IMG/VR virus record: IMGVR_UViG_2579778842_000017
Span: 1 to 64,000 of that record
Source: a virus
Lineage: Duplodnaviria; Heunggongvirae; Uroviricota; Caudoviricetes
Reading direction: 5' to 3' (one strand)
DNA: 64,000 bases
Shown piece after piece: positions 42,212 to 51,154 of this stretch (positions are counted from its first letter, which is position 1; every line of letters begins with the position of its first letter). The notes under the pieces were generated by a model. That model saw nothing but the letters and a program-made list of their open reading frames with translations, did not search any database and was not told where the DNA came from. Made by a program: the position numbers and the translations under genes.

Positions 42212-42808
42212 ATGATGCCTGCTGAACCTAAAACCTATAAACGCAAATCAACGCAATTTAAGCCACTAACAGCAATGCAGGAGGCTTATTGCCAGTCATA
42301 CATCAAAACGCCTGAAAACCAGACTCAGGCAGCGATTAACGCAGGATTCTCCCCAAATACAGCGGCAGTTAAAGCCAGTGTCATGATGCGCGATGAACGC
42401 ATTCAAAAACGGATTGCCGAGCTGATGGAGGAGCGCAACAAACGAATGCGCGTCAGTGCTGATTACGTTCTCATGCGCCTGGTGGAGATCGACCAGATGG
42501 ACGTGATTGATATCCTCAACGACGATGGGAGTCTTAAGCCAATCCGCGAGTGGCCGAAAATCTGGCGCACTACGCTTAGTGGCTTTGATCTGTCATCGAC
42601 CATCATGAACATGAACGAGGATTCGATAGAGACAATCCTCAAAAAAATTAAATGGCCTGACAAGATGAAGAACCTCGAACTGATTGGTAAGCACGTCGAC
42701 GTTAACGCGTTCAAAGAGCGCCTGGAGGTTTCCGGCACGGTCACCATCGCCGACCGCATGGCCGCCGCCCGGCGCCGCGTCATAGAGCAGGCTGGTGGTG
42801 AAGAATGA
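42212..42808 (+). CDS. Terminase small subunit (second virion module)
   Basis: about 200 aa from MMPAEPKTYKRK, directly upstream of and overlapping TerL; ORF track extends to a TTG at 42134. Confidence 0.7.
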   Translation: MMPAEPKTYKRKSTQFKPLTAMQEAYCQSYIKTPENQTQAAINAGFSPNTAAVKASVMMRDERIQKRIAELMEERNKRMRVSADYVLMRLVEIDQMDVIDILNDDGSLKPIREWPKIWRTTLSGFDLSSTIMNMNEDSIETILKKIKWPDKMKNLELIGKHVDVNAFKERLEVSGTVTIADRMAAARRRVIEQAGGEE

Positions 42809-44280
42809 CAGCCGCAGCCATGTCGCCGGAAGAGCAACTCGTCGAGGATATCGCCTCGTTCACGTATGACCCGCTGGGCTATGCGCTGTATGCGTTTCCG
42901 TGGGGCGAGGAAGGCACAGAGCTGGCGCACGCCACCGGTCCGCGTAAGTGGCAGGCAGACGCATTCCGCGAGATACGCGATCACCTGCAGAACCCGGCGA
43001 CGCGTCACCAGCCGTTGATGCTGGCCCGCGCATCCGGCCACGGCATCGGCAAGTCAGCTTTCATCTCAATGCTGATTAACTGGGGCATGTCCACTTGCGA
43101 GGATTGTAAGGTCGTGGTGACCGCCAACACCGACAACCAGCTACGAACGAAGACCTGGCCGGAAATTATCAAGTGGTCGAACCTTGCTATCACGAAAGAC
43201 TGGTTTACCTGTACCGCTACCGCGATGTACAGCAATGACCCTGGGCACGACAAGCGGTGGCGAGCTGACGCAATCCCCTGGTCTGAGCACAACACTGAGG
43301 CATTCGCCGGATTACACAATGAGCGCAAACGCATCATCGTGGTATTCGATGAAGCGTCGAACATTGCGGATCTGGTGTGGGAAGTTGCTGAGGGTGCGCT
43401 TACGGACGAAGACACTGAGATTATCTGGGTGGCGTTCGGAAACCCGACACGTAACACCGGGCGTTTCCGCGAATGTTTCCGCAAATATAAACACCGCTGG
43501 AAAACTGCACAGATTGACAGCCGGACGGTGGAAGGTACTAACAAGCAGCAATTACAGAAATGGGTTGATGACTACGGGGAAGACAGCGACTTCGTTAAAG
43601 TCCGTGTGCGCGGCATATTTCCTGATGCATCTGAATTGCAGTTTATCCCTACCGGTCTTACTGACGAGGCAATGAAACGGGTGGTAACTGCTGCGCAGGT
43701 GGCACATGCTCCGGTGATAATCGGCGTTGACCCGGCATACTCCGGCGTTGATGACGCTGTGATATACCTGCGGCAGGGGCTGCACAGTAAGGTGCTGTGG
43801 ACTGGCAACAAGACCACTGACGATCTGATAATGGCGAAGCGTATCGCTGACTTTGAAGACCAGTACCAGGCTGACGCAGTGTTCATCGACTTCGGTTACG
43901 GAACCGGTCTGAAATCAATCGGTGACGGATGGGGTCGTACATGGCAACTTGTTCCGTTCGGTGGCGCGTCTACTGACCCGCAGATGCTCAACAAGCGTGG
44001 GGAGATGTTCAACTCATGCAAGACATGGCTGAGGCTGGGCGGCATGCTGGATGACCAGGAAACAGCGGACGACCTGTCTGCGGCAGAGTACAAAGTTCGA
44101 GTGGACGGTAAAATCGTTATCGAACCGAAGGAAGATATCAAGGAGCGGCTTGGGCGTTCGCCTGGTAAAGGCGATGCGCTACTGCTGACGTTTGCTTTCC
44201 CGGTGTCAAAGCGCCTGCGACTTCCCGGGCAGCAGAACCAGCAAGGCAAGGCCATCACAGATTACGATCCCTATGCTTAA
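42805..44280 (+). CDS. Terminase large subunit (second virion module)
   Basis: 491 aa; Walker A-like ARASGHGIGKS, nuclease-like C-terminal half. Confidence 0.85.
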   Translation: MTAAAMSPEEQLVEDIASFTYDPLGYALYAFPWGEEGTELAHATGPRKWQADAFREIRDHLQNPATRHQPLMLARASGHGIGKSAFISMLINWGMSTCEDCKVVVTANTDNQLRTKTWPEIIKWSNLAITKDWFTCTATAMYSNDPGHDKRWRADAIPWSEHNTEAFAGLHNERKRIIVVFDEASNIADLVWEVAEGALTDEDTEIIWVAFGNPTRNTGRFRECFRKYKHRWKTAQIDSRTVEGTNKQQLQKWVDDYGEDSDFVKVRVRGIFPDASELQFIPTGLTDEAMKRVVTAAQVAHAPVIIGVDPAYSGVDDAVIYLRQGLHSKVLWTGNKTTDDLIMAKRIADFEDQYQADAVFIDFGYGTGLKSIGDGWGRTWQLVPFGGASTDPQMLNKRGEMFNSCKTWLRLGGMLDDQETADDLSAAEYKVRVDGKIVIEPKEDIKERLGRSPGKGDALLLTFAFPVSKRLRLPGQQNQQGKAITDYDPYA

Positions 44281-44330
44281 TCCGCTTGAGGGGATAATGT
44301 CGTTGATATCCTCTGATGAGGATAAAACAA

Positions 44331-44354
44331 AGCCAGCTCATAGGCTGGCTGTTT
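44331..44354 (+). terminator. Rho-independent terminator after TerL
   Basis: AGCCAGCTCATAGGCTGGCT followed by GTTTGTG. Confidence 0.5.
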
Positions 44355-44366
44355 GTGATATGTCAC
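44355..44366. repeat. Palindrome GTGATATGTCAC (copy 2, one mismatch)
   Basis: immediately after the TerL terminator. Confidence 0.5.
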
Positions 44367-44370
44367 GGTG

Positions 44371-44742
44371 TTATTGCTCGCTTAACTTCTGCTTCAGCAA
44401 GTAACCTTCAAGCATCCAGATTTTGTTTACAGCATTCTGTCGGGCAATCTTCCGACCAATTTCTGCATCAAAGTTTTCCGGGCTTGCACAGGCGCTCTCT
44501 CCGGTGACGGTGAAGCCGTTGCGCAGCACCAGGACGCAGAACGTCAGCAGAGAAAGTGATTCGTGCGGCTGGTAGTTTACCTCTCCGCCAGTATGTTTCG
44601 CTTTTATGGCTACGCCAAAGGCACCATCTTCTGCTGTGAAATATGCCTCCTGAGCAATAATGCTCTCGATATGGTCTGGCGTAACGCGCGGCGCGGCTAA
44701 ACCTTTAGCCTGAATTTCAGATTCAATGTCTTTGTCACTCAT
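44371..44742 (-). CDS. Hypothetical moron protein between terL and portal
   Basis: 123-aa minus-strand ORF inserted in an otherwise plus-strand virion operon. Confidence 0.6.
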   Translation of the reverse strand: MSDKDIESEIQAKGLAAPRVTPDHIESIIAQEAYFTAEDGAFGVAIKAKHTGGEVNYQPHESLSLLTFCVLVLRNGFTVTGESACASPENFDAEIGRKIARQNAVNKIWMLEGYLLKQKLSEQ

Positions 44743-44943
44743 AGTCTAATCTCACCTTAAAAATGCCCGGCGAACCGGGCGAACTGGAAGCAATGAGTTA
44801 TGCCTTCCGTGGCTGTACGGGTTTACAGCATGAAGTCATCGCAATGGCGTCCTGCTGTAAAAAGGGCGGTGATAGTCCTTCAAGGGAAACCATCACCGCC
44901 AAGCCCCTGGAACTTCTGGCATCACGGTCCTTAGGCGTGATTC

Positions 44944-45020
44944 TGGCGTGGCATGCAGGATTCGAACCTGCGACCAACCGCTTAGAAGGCGGTTGCTCTG
45001 TCCGACTGAGCTAATGCCAC
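44944..45020 (-). tRNA. Phage-borne tRNA-Arg (anticodon UCU)
   Basis: minus strand reads GTGGCATTAGCTCAGTCGGACAGAGCAACCGCCTTCTAAGCGGTTGGTCGCAGGTTCGAATCCTGCATGCCACGCCA: 7-bp acceptor stem, anticodon loop CTTCTAA, 3' CCA. Confidence 0.8.
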
Positions 45021-45447
45021 AACGCTGAGAGCACTTAGCCTGTTAAGGCACCACACTTTGTCGCGGCTCCATAAATGCTCTCATCGTTGTACCCTCGTCT
45101 CTTCCGAGGCGTCACACCGAATCGCCGGGATGGTGAATCCCCGTGCGCGGCATAAAACCGCTCGACTTGCACATTCCGGCTACCTGGTTCGTTTGCCCGA
45201 GCAAGGGAGGGTGCCCCTTAAACGTATCCAGACCGCTATCGGCGCATGTGCCATACGCCGTACTGCTCAAAATAAAAGCTCACTCCACCTGTTCAATTTA
45301 ACGACAAGCCAGTCAGGTTAATAACAGGAATGCACTCTATGCTTACCTGAAAGGTAATAATTCGTGCGTTAAATGTCAACTACCTACGATAAATAAATCA
45401 TATGTGGTTAAATTGGTAATAATTTAATTGCGTACGGAGTCATTGAT

Positions 45448-45654
45448 ATGTGCATGGGTAGCTCACCATCAGTGCCTGCAACACCAGAAGTTCAGGCAGC
45501 ACCACAGGAGCAGGATGCCGCCGTTGTTGATGCCCGCGACGAAGAAACTCGTCGCCGTCGCGCTGCTGCTGGTCGTAGTTCTACGCTGCTTACCGGTTCT
45601 CAGGGCGACACATCAACCGCTAATACCAGCGGTAAAACGCTGCTTGGTCAGTAA
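45448..45654 (+). CDS. Small hypothetical protein upstream of portal
   Basis: 68 aa; GGAGTCATTGA-ATG initiation region nearly identical to that of the portal gene. Confidence 0.4.
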   Translation: MCMGSSPSVPATPEVQAAPQEQDAAVVDARDEETRRRRAAAGRSSTLLTGSQGDTSTANTSGKTLLGQ

Positions 45655-45668
45655 CCGGAGTCATTGAA

Positions 45669-47348
45669 ATGGCGGAAACAACTAAAGAGCGATTGAACAA
45701 ACAGTTCGCACAACTTGAAAGCGAGCGTCAGTCGTTCGAGCCGCACTGGCGCGAGTTGAGTGATTACATCAACCCGCGTGGTTCCCGCTTTCTGACTTCT
45801 GAGGTCAACCGTAACGATCGACGCAATACACGCATTATTGATTCGACCGGGACTATGGCGGCGCGCACTCTCGCCAGCGGCATGATGTCAGGCATCACAA
45901 GCCCCGCGCGTCCGTGGTTTCGCCTGGCTACGCCAGATCCTGAAATGATGGATTATGGCCCTGTTAAGTTGTGGCTTGAGGCGGTGCAGAACCGCATGAA
46001 CGATATGTTCAATAAGTCGAATCTCTATCAGTCGCTGCCGCAGTTATACGGAAGCCTCGGCACATACAGCACTGGTGCAATGGCAGTGCTGGAGGATGAC
46101 GAGGACATCATTCGCACAATGCCATTCACGATAGGCAGTTACTACCTGGCTAACTCACCTCGTGGCAGTGTGGACACCTGTTTTCGCAAGTTCTCTATGA
46201 CTGTTCGTCAGCTTGTTCAGGAGTTCGGGCTAAATAACGTCAGCGAATCCGTAAAAAGCATGTGGGAAAGCGGCACCTACGAGAAGTGGATTGAAGTGAT
46301 GCATTCGGTTTACCCGAACATTGACCGCGATACATCGAAGCTGGATAGCAAGAACAAGCCATTCAAATCGGTTTATTACGAGGTTGGTGGCGATAACGAC
46401 AAGTTGTTGCGTGAGTCCGGATTCGATGAGTTTCCAATTATGGCTCCGCGCTGGGAAGTTAACGGCGAAGATGTTTATGGATCATCATGCCCGGGCATGC
46501 TGGCGCTTGGACCTGTTAAGGCATTGCAGCTTCTCCAGAAGCGCAAGTCGCAGTTGATTGATAAAGCCACCAATCCGCCGATGGTTGCTCCGATTTCCCT
46601 CAAGAATCAGCGTGCCTCCCTTCTTCCTGGCGACATCACGTATATCGATCAGATTACTGGTCAGGATGGTTTCAGGCCTGCTTATCTGGTTAACCCCAGT
46701 ACAGCAGATTTGGTGGCAGACATTCAGGACACTCGTCAAATCATTAACAGCGCCTACTTTGTCGATCTGTTCATGATGTTGCAGAACATCAATACCCGCT
46801 CGATGCCTGTTGAAGCGGTGATCGAAATGAAAGAAGAAAAACTTCTGATGTTGGGGCCGGTTCTGGAGCGTCTGAACGACGAATGTCTTAATCCTCTCAT
46901 TGACCGCGCTTTCTCGATGATGGTGCGTAAAAACATGTTGCCGCCACCGCCTGACGCGATGGAAGGCATGCCCCTGAAGGTCGAATACATTTCCGTCATG
47001 GCTCAGGCGCAGAAGTCTATCGGCCTGTCCAGTCTGGCGTCCACGGTTAACTTCATTGGTCAACTTGCGCAAGCGAAACCAGAAGCTCTCGACAAACTCA
47101 ACGTTGATCAGGCGATCGATGCATTCGCTGATATGTCCGGAGTGTCTCCAACCGTCATTGTTCCGCAGGAACAGGTTGAGCAGGCTCGCCAGCAACGGGC
47201 ACAGCAACAACAGCAGCAACAAATGATGGCCATGGGGATGGCGGCGGCACAGGGTGCCAAGACGCTAAGCGAAGCTAAAACTTCGGATCCGAGTGTTTTG
47301 TCAGCTATGGCGAATGCAGTTAGTGGTCAGGGTGGGCAATCACAATGA
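45669..47348 (+). CDS. Portal (head-tail connector) protein, T7-supergroup-like
   Basis: 559 aa; C-terminal QQQQQQMMAMGMAAAQGAKT...AMANAV resembles T7 gp8 C-terminus; follows TerL. Confidence 0.75.
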   Translation: MAETTKERLNKQFAQLESERQSFEPHWRELSDYINPRGSRFLTSEVNRNDRRNTRIIDSTGTMAARTLASGMMSGITSPARPWFRLATPDPEMMDYGPVKLWLEAVQNRMNDMFNKSNLYQSLPQLYGSLGTYSTGAMAVLEDDEDIIRTMPFTIGSYYLANSPRGSVDTCFRKFSMTVRQLVQEFGLNNVSESVKSMWESGTYEKWIEVMHSVYPNIDRDTSKLDSKNKPFKSVYYEVGGDNDKLLRESGFDEFPIMAPRWEVNGEDVYGSSCPGMLALGPVKALQLLQKRKSQLIDKATNPPMVAPISLKNQRASLLPGDITYIDQITGQDGFRPAYLVNPSTADLVADIQDTRQIINSAYFVDLFMMLQNINTRSMPVEAVIEMKEEKLLMLGPVLERLNDECLNPLIDRAFSMMVRKNMLPPPPDAMEGMPLKVEYISVMAQAQKSIGLSSLASTVNFIGQLAQAKPEALDKLNVDQAIDAFADMSGVSPTVIVPQEQVEQARQQRAQQQQQQQMMAMGMAAAQGAKTLSEAKTSDPSVLSAMANAVSGQGGQSQ

Positions 47349-47641
47349 CAGATTACGAAGACGATCAACTGAAAGAAGAAAACGCCCGTAAGCAACGTGA
47401 CATGGCACAGCGTGAAATTGATGACATTCGCTTTGTCATGAGCAGTGAACAGGGGCGTCGCGTTGTCTGGTCTGTGCTGGAGAAAGGCCGTGTGTTTTCC
47501 GCTATCTCTCCGATGGATGCTATGGCAATGGCATTTAATGAGGGGCAACGCAATCTGGCGCTGGAACTGTTTCAGCGCGTTATGGCGCATTGCCCTGAAC
47601 AGTATTTGAAGATGGCCAAAGAGGCCAGTGAACAGGAGTGA
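47345..47641 (+). CDS. Hypothetical head-module protein
   Basis: 98-aa ORF overlapping portal stop. Confidence 0.5.
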   Translation: MTDYEDDQLKEENARKQRDMAQREIDDIRFVMSSEQGRRVVWSVLEKGRVFSAISPMDAMAMAFNEGQRNLALELFQRVMAHCPEQYLKMAKEASEQE

Positions 47642-48339
47642 TCATGAATTTATTTGAGCGTTTGCTGTATCGCCGTCTTTGCAATGAGCAACCAGTCGAT
47701 GGTGGAGCAGCTCCGGCTGCGTCAGAACCATCAGCGCCTGCAGGTGATAACCATGCTCCAGTTGGTGATCCATCACAACAAGAAGGTGATAAGCCGCAAC
47801 CTGTTGCTGATGGCGATAAACCTGCTGATGACAAAAAGTCTGAAAGCGATAAGCAGGGTGAAAAAAAGGACGGCGATAAACCGGATGGTGCGCCGGAGAA
47901 GTACGAGTTTCAGGCTGCCGAAGGCGTAGAGCTGGATACAGAAGCGTTGAAGGAATTCGAGCCGGTGGCGCGAGAACTAAACCTGACCAACGAGCAAGCG
48001 CAAAAGCTGGTTGATGCTTATCCGAAGATTCTGGCAGGTGTTCAGCAGCGCCAGGCAGAAGCCTGGCAGAAAACAACCGAGCAGTGGGCTGCTGATGTAA
48101 AAGCTGACAAAGAAATCGGTGGCGACAAGTTGATTTCTAACCTTAGCGCCGCACAGCGTGCGCTTGACCAGTTCGGGACACCTGAACTCAAAGAATATCT
48201 GAACACCACCGGGCTGGGTAATCACCCTGATCTGGTCAAAACGTTCGTGAAAATCGGAAAGGCGATGTCTGAAGATGGCATGGTCACCGGTGGTAATGAA
48301 GGCCAGCGTAGTGCGGCCGAAGTGCTCTATGGCAAATAA
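47638..48339 (+). CDS. Putative scaffolding protein
   Basis: 233 aa, acidic Pro/Ala/Asp-rich N-terminal region then helical part; between portal and capsid. Confidence 0.55.
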   Translation: MIMNLFERLLYRRLCNEQPVDGGAAPAASEPSAPAGDNHAPVGDPSQQEGDKPQPVADGDKPADDKKSESDKQGEKKDGDKPDGAPEKYEFQAAEGVELDTEALKEFEPVARELNLTNEQAQKLVDAYPKILAGVQQRQAEAWQKTTEQWAADVKADKEIGGDKLISNLSAAQRALDQFGTPELKEYLNTTGLGNHPDLVKTFVKIGKAMSEDGMVTGGNEGQRSAAEVLYGK

Positions 48340-48347
48340 GAGAGGAA

Positions 48348-49340
48348 ATGACAATGGCTGTTAAAGGCTTAACTGCGCTAACGCTGGCTGACTGGGGTAA
48401 GCGCGTCGATCCAAACGGGAAAGTCGATAAGATTATCGAGCTTCTCGGTCAAACTAACCCGATCCTTCAGGATATGCCTTTTGTCGAAGGGAACCTTCCT
48501 ACCGGACACCGAACCACCATTCGTTCTGGTTTACCTTCAGCTACCTGGCGTTTGCTGAACTATGGCGTACAGCCAAGCAAATCAACCACAGTGCAGGTAA
48601 CCGATTCCGTTGGCATGCTGGAAACCTATGCTGAAGTCGATAAGTCACTGGCTGATCTGAACGGCAATACCGCCGAATTCCGCCTGTCTGAAGACCGCGC
48701 ATTTATTGAAGCGATGAATCAGCAGATGGCGCAGACGCTATTTTATGGTGATTCCAGCGTTAACCCTCAGCAGTTTATGGGACTGTCCTCCCGCTATTCC
48801 AGCCTGTCTGCGGGTAATGCTCAGAACATCATTGATGCTGGTGGCACGGGTACAGATAACACCTCCATCTGGTTAGTGGTGTGGGGCGAAAACACCGTGC
48901 ATGGCATCTTCCCGAAAGGGCAGAAGGCTGGCATTCAGATGGAAGATAAAGGCCAGGTGACACTGGAAGATGTTAATGGCGGCAAGTACGAAGGCTACCG
49001 TACCCATTACAAATGGGATAACGGACTTGCTCTGCGTGACTGGCGTTATGTTGTTCGCATTGCAAACATCGATGTCAGCAATCTTTCAGAACCTTCCTCT
49101 GCCGCAAATATTGCGAAGTTGATGGTTAAAGCACTGCATCGCATTCCAAATCGTGGCATGGGTCGCCCGGTGTTCTACATGAACCGCACTGTAGGCCAGG
49201 CTCTTGATCTGCAATCTCTGGAGAAAACATCTCTGGCGATCAGCGTAAAAGAGACAGAAGGCGAGTGGTGGACTTCATTCCGTGGTGTACCAATCCGTGA
49301 AACTGATGCGCTTCTGGAAACAGAAGCCCGCGTGGTGTAA
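48348..49340 (+). CDS. Major capsid protein (second virion module)
   Basis: 330 aa, strong RBS, position after scaffold. Confidence 0.7.
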   Translation: MTMAVKGLTALTLADWGKRVDPNGKVDKIIELLGQTNPILQDMPFVEGNLPTGHRTTIRSGLPSATWRLLNYGVQPSKSTTVQVTDSVGMLETYAEVDKSLADLNGNTAEFRLSEDRAFIEAMNQQMAQTLFYGDSSVNPQQFMGLSSRYSSLSAGNAQNIIDAGGTGTDNTSIWLVVWGENTVHGIFPKGQKAGIQMEDKGQVTLEDVNGGKYEGYRTHYKWDNGLALRDWRYVVRIANIDVSNLSEPSSAANIAKLMVKALHRIPNRGMGRPVFYMNRTVGQALDLQSLEKTSLAISVKETEGEWWTSFRGVPIRETDALLETEARVV

Positions 49341-49391
49341 CGCCTGTTATTAACCTGTGGGTCGTAACAGACCCACTAATGGAGAAAGAAG

Positions 49392-49829
49392 ATGATCACC
49401 GACAAACTGTTGATGTTCTCCGAAGCTCAGGCGGTTACGAATACCGCGGCTTCTACTGACGTAATCGATCTCGGTCCAATTGACGGAAAACGTCGTGATA
49501 TCGGCGTGGGTTACCCGCTTGAGTTTTGGGCGCTGGTTAACACAGCCGCCGCGGCAAGCGGTAATGCAACTGTAAACATCCAGTTGCAGACGAGTGAGAA
49601 TAACAGCTCATGGACCACTATTTATGATAGTGGCGCACTGGCAAAGACCGCCCTGACAGCAGGTAAACGAGTTGTTTCTGCAAAGGTGCCTGCCGGTGTT
49701 CAGCGATATCTGCGTGTTAACTACTCCGTCGCAACCGGCCCACTAACGGCTGGCGAATTCACTGCTGGTATCAGTCTTGATGTTGATGCCAATACGCCGT
49801 ATCCGATCCGCTCAAAAGTAACTGGTTAA
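49392..49829 (+). CDS. Putative capsid decoration / minor head protein
   Basis: 145 aa beta-rich, immediately after capsid gene. Confidence 0.45.
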   Translation: MITDKLLMFSEAQAVTNTAASTDVIDLGPIDGKRRDIGVGYPLEFWALVNTAAAASGNATVNIQLQTSENNSSWTTIYDSGALAKTALTAGKRVVSAKVPAGVQRYLRVNYSVATGPLTAGEFTAGISLDVDANTPYPIRSKVTG

Positions 49830-49830
49830 G

Positions 49831-50175
49831 GTGATATCGATGTCAGGTGAGAAACCAAGATACCGCGTTCTGCGCCTCTCTCATATCCATAACACTCTGT
49901 GGCCGGAGGGGGCAGAAATCGAATACGAAGGTGAGCCTGGTAGCGCACTGGAACCTGTTAACGATGCAGCCAGACAGGCAAAAGCAAAAGTTGCAGGAAA
50001 GGTGTCAATGGCAGCAACCAGCACCAAAATCATCAACGATGTGTCAGATGATGATGAACTGGATAAGCTCCGTGAAGAGTACGAATTGCTCTTTAACGAG
50101 AAGCCACACCATAACGCCAAAGCCGAAACGCTCCGCGAGAAGATCGCAGATAAGCGTAAAGAACTGGGCGTGTAA
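49831..50175 (+). CDS. Hypothetical virion-module protein
   Basis: 114-aa ORF, followed by terminator. Confidence 0.45.
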   Translation: MISMSGEKPRYRVLRLSHIHNTLWPEGAEIEYEGEPGSALEPVNDAARQAKAKVAGKVSMAATSTKIINDVSDDDELDKLREEYELLFNEKPHHNAKAETLREKIADKRKELGV

Positions 50176-50186
50176 GCCTCGCGAAT

Positions 50187-50212
50187 CAGACAAGGGGCTT
50201 CGGCCCCTTTAT
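50187..50212 (+). terminator. Rho-independent terminator
   Basis: AAGGGGCTTCGGCCCCTTTATTG. Confidence 0.65.
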
Positions 50213-50219
50213 TGCAGGA

Positions 50220-50549
50220 GTGTATATGGAACTCGTAAACCTCAAAACCGGCACTGACAGCTACCAGGATGAGAGCGGAGAAACCAGAACTCGCGATGAA
50301 TACCCGTGGGGGCTGTGCATCACTCTTAATAACGACACATTGAATAAGCTGAAGGCGCAACCTCAGGGCGTCGGAACAGAAGTGATGATAACTGCAAAGG
50401 CTGTTATTCGAGGCCTGTCTGCCAGAGAAACTGACGATGGTGTTAATCGCAGCGCCGATCTGCAGATCACTGATATGGCGATCGCTCCTGTTTCCAGGGA
50501 TGTAGAAAAATCAGCGGCTGAAACTCTGTACGGTAACGGAGGTGAGTGA
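50220..50549 (+). CDS. Hypothetical virion-module protein
   Basis: 109-aa ORF. Confidence 0.45.
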   Translation: MYMELVNLKTGTDSYQDESGETRTRDEYPWGLCITLNNDTLNKLKAQPQGVGTEVMITAKAVIRGLSARETDDGVNRSADLQITDMAIAPVSRDVEKSAAETLYGNGGE

Positions 50550-51154
50550 TGGCCTCTGTAGTAGAGATCTGTAATCGTGCGCTGTCCAATATTGGCAACA
50601 GCCGCAGTATTAACAGCCTGACGGAAGCCAGCAAGGAAGCGGGTGAATGTTCGCTGCACTTTGAGGCCTGCCGTGATGCTGTTCTTTCTGATTTTGACTG
50701 GAACTTTGCTACCAAACGCGTGGCGCTTGCAGATACGAGCAATCCACCGCCTGACTGGGAATATGCGTACCAGTACCCGTCCGATTGTCTGCGCATTACT
50801 GAAATTATGCTTCCTGGTGTACGCAATCCAACAGCAGCAATGCGCGTTCAGTACGAAGTTGGTGCAGACACCAACGGAACAGGAAAGTTGATCTACACAG
50901 ACCAGCCGCAGGCATGGCTCAAGTATGTCTCTCGCGTTTCAGATGTGAACATGTTTGATGCCATTTTTATGGAGGCGTTGGCCTGGCGTCTTGCGGCAGC
51001 TATTAACATGGCGCTGACTGGGAATGCAGACCTCGGTACGTTTGCCCTCAATATGTACAATCGCGTGATTCTTAGTGCTGGCTCGCATAGCCAGAATGAA
51101 TCACAGGAACCACAGCCACCGGTTGACGAGTTTACCATTGCGAGGTTGTCCTGA
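50546..51154 (+). CDS. Putative tail adaptor (T7 gp11-like position)
   Basis: 202 aa, precedes the large nozzle-like protein. Confidence 0.5.
   Translation: MMASVVEICNRALSNIGNSRSINSLTEASKEAGECSLHFEACRDAVLSDFDWNFATKRVALADTSNPPPDWEYAYQYPSDCLRITEIMLPGVRNPTAAMRVQYEVGADTNGTGKLIYTDQPQAWLKYVSRVSDVNMFDAIFMEALAWRLAAAINMALTGNADLGTFALNMYNRVILSAGSHSQNESQEPQPPVDEFTIARLS

Noticed and set aside
44763-45014. 83-aa plus-strand ORF (MPGEPGELEAMSYAFRG...)
   Set aside because: It is the reverse-strand reading of the tRNA-Arg(UCU) gene and its flank; not a protein gene.
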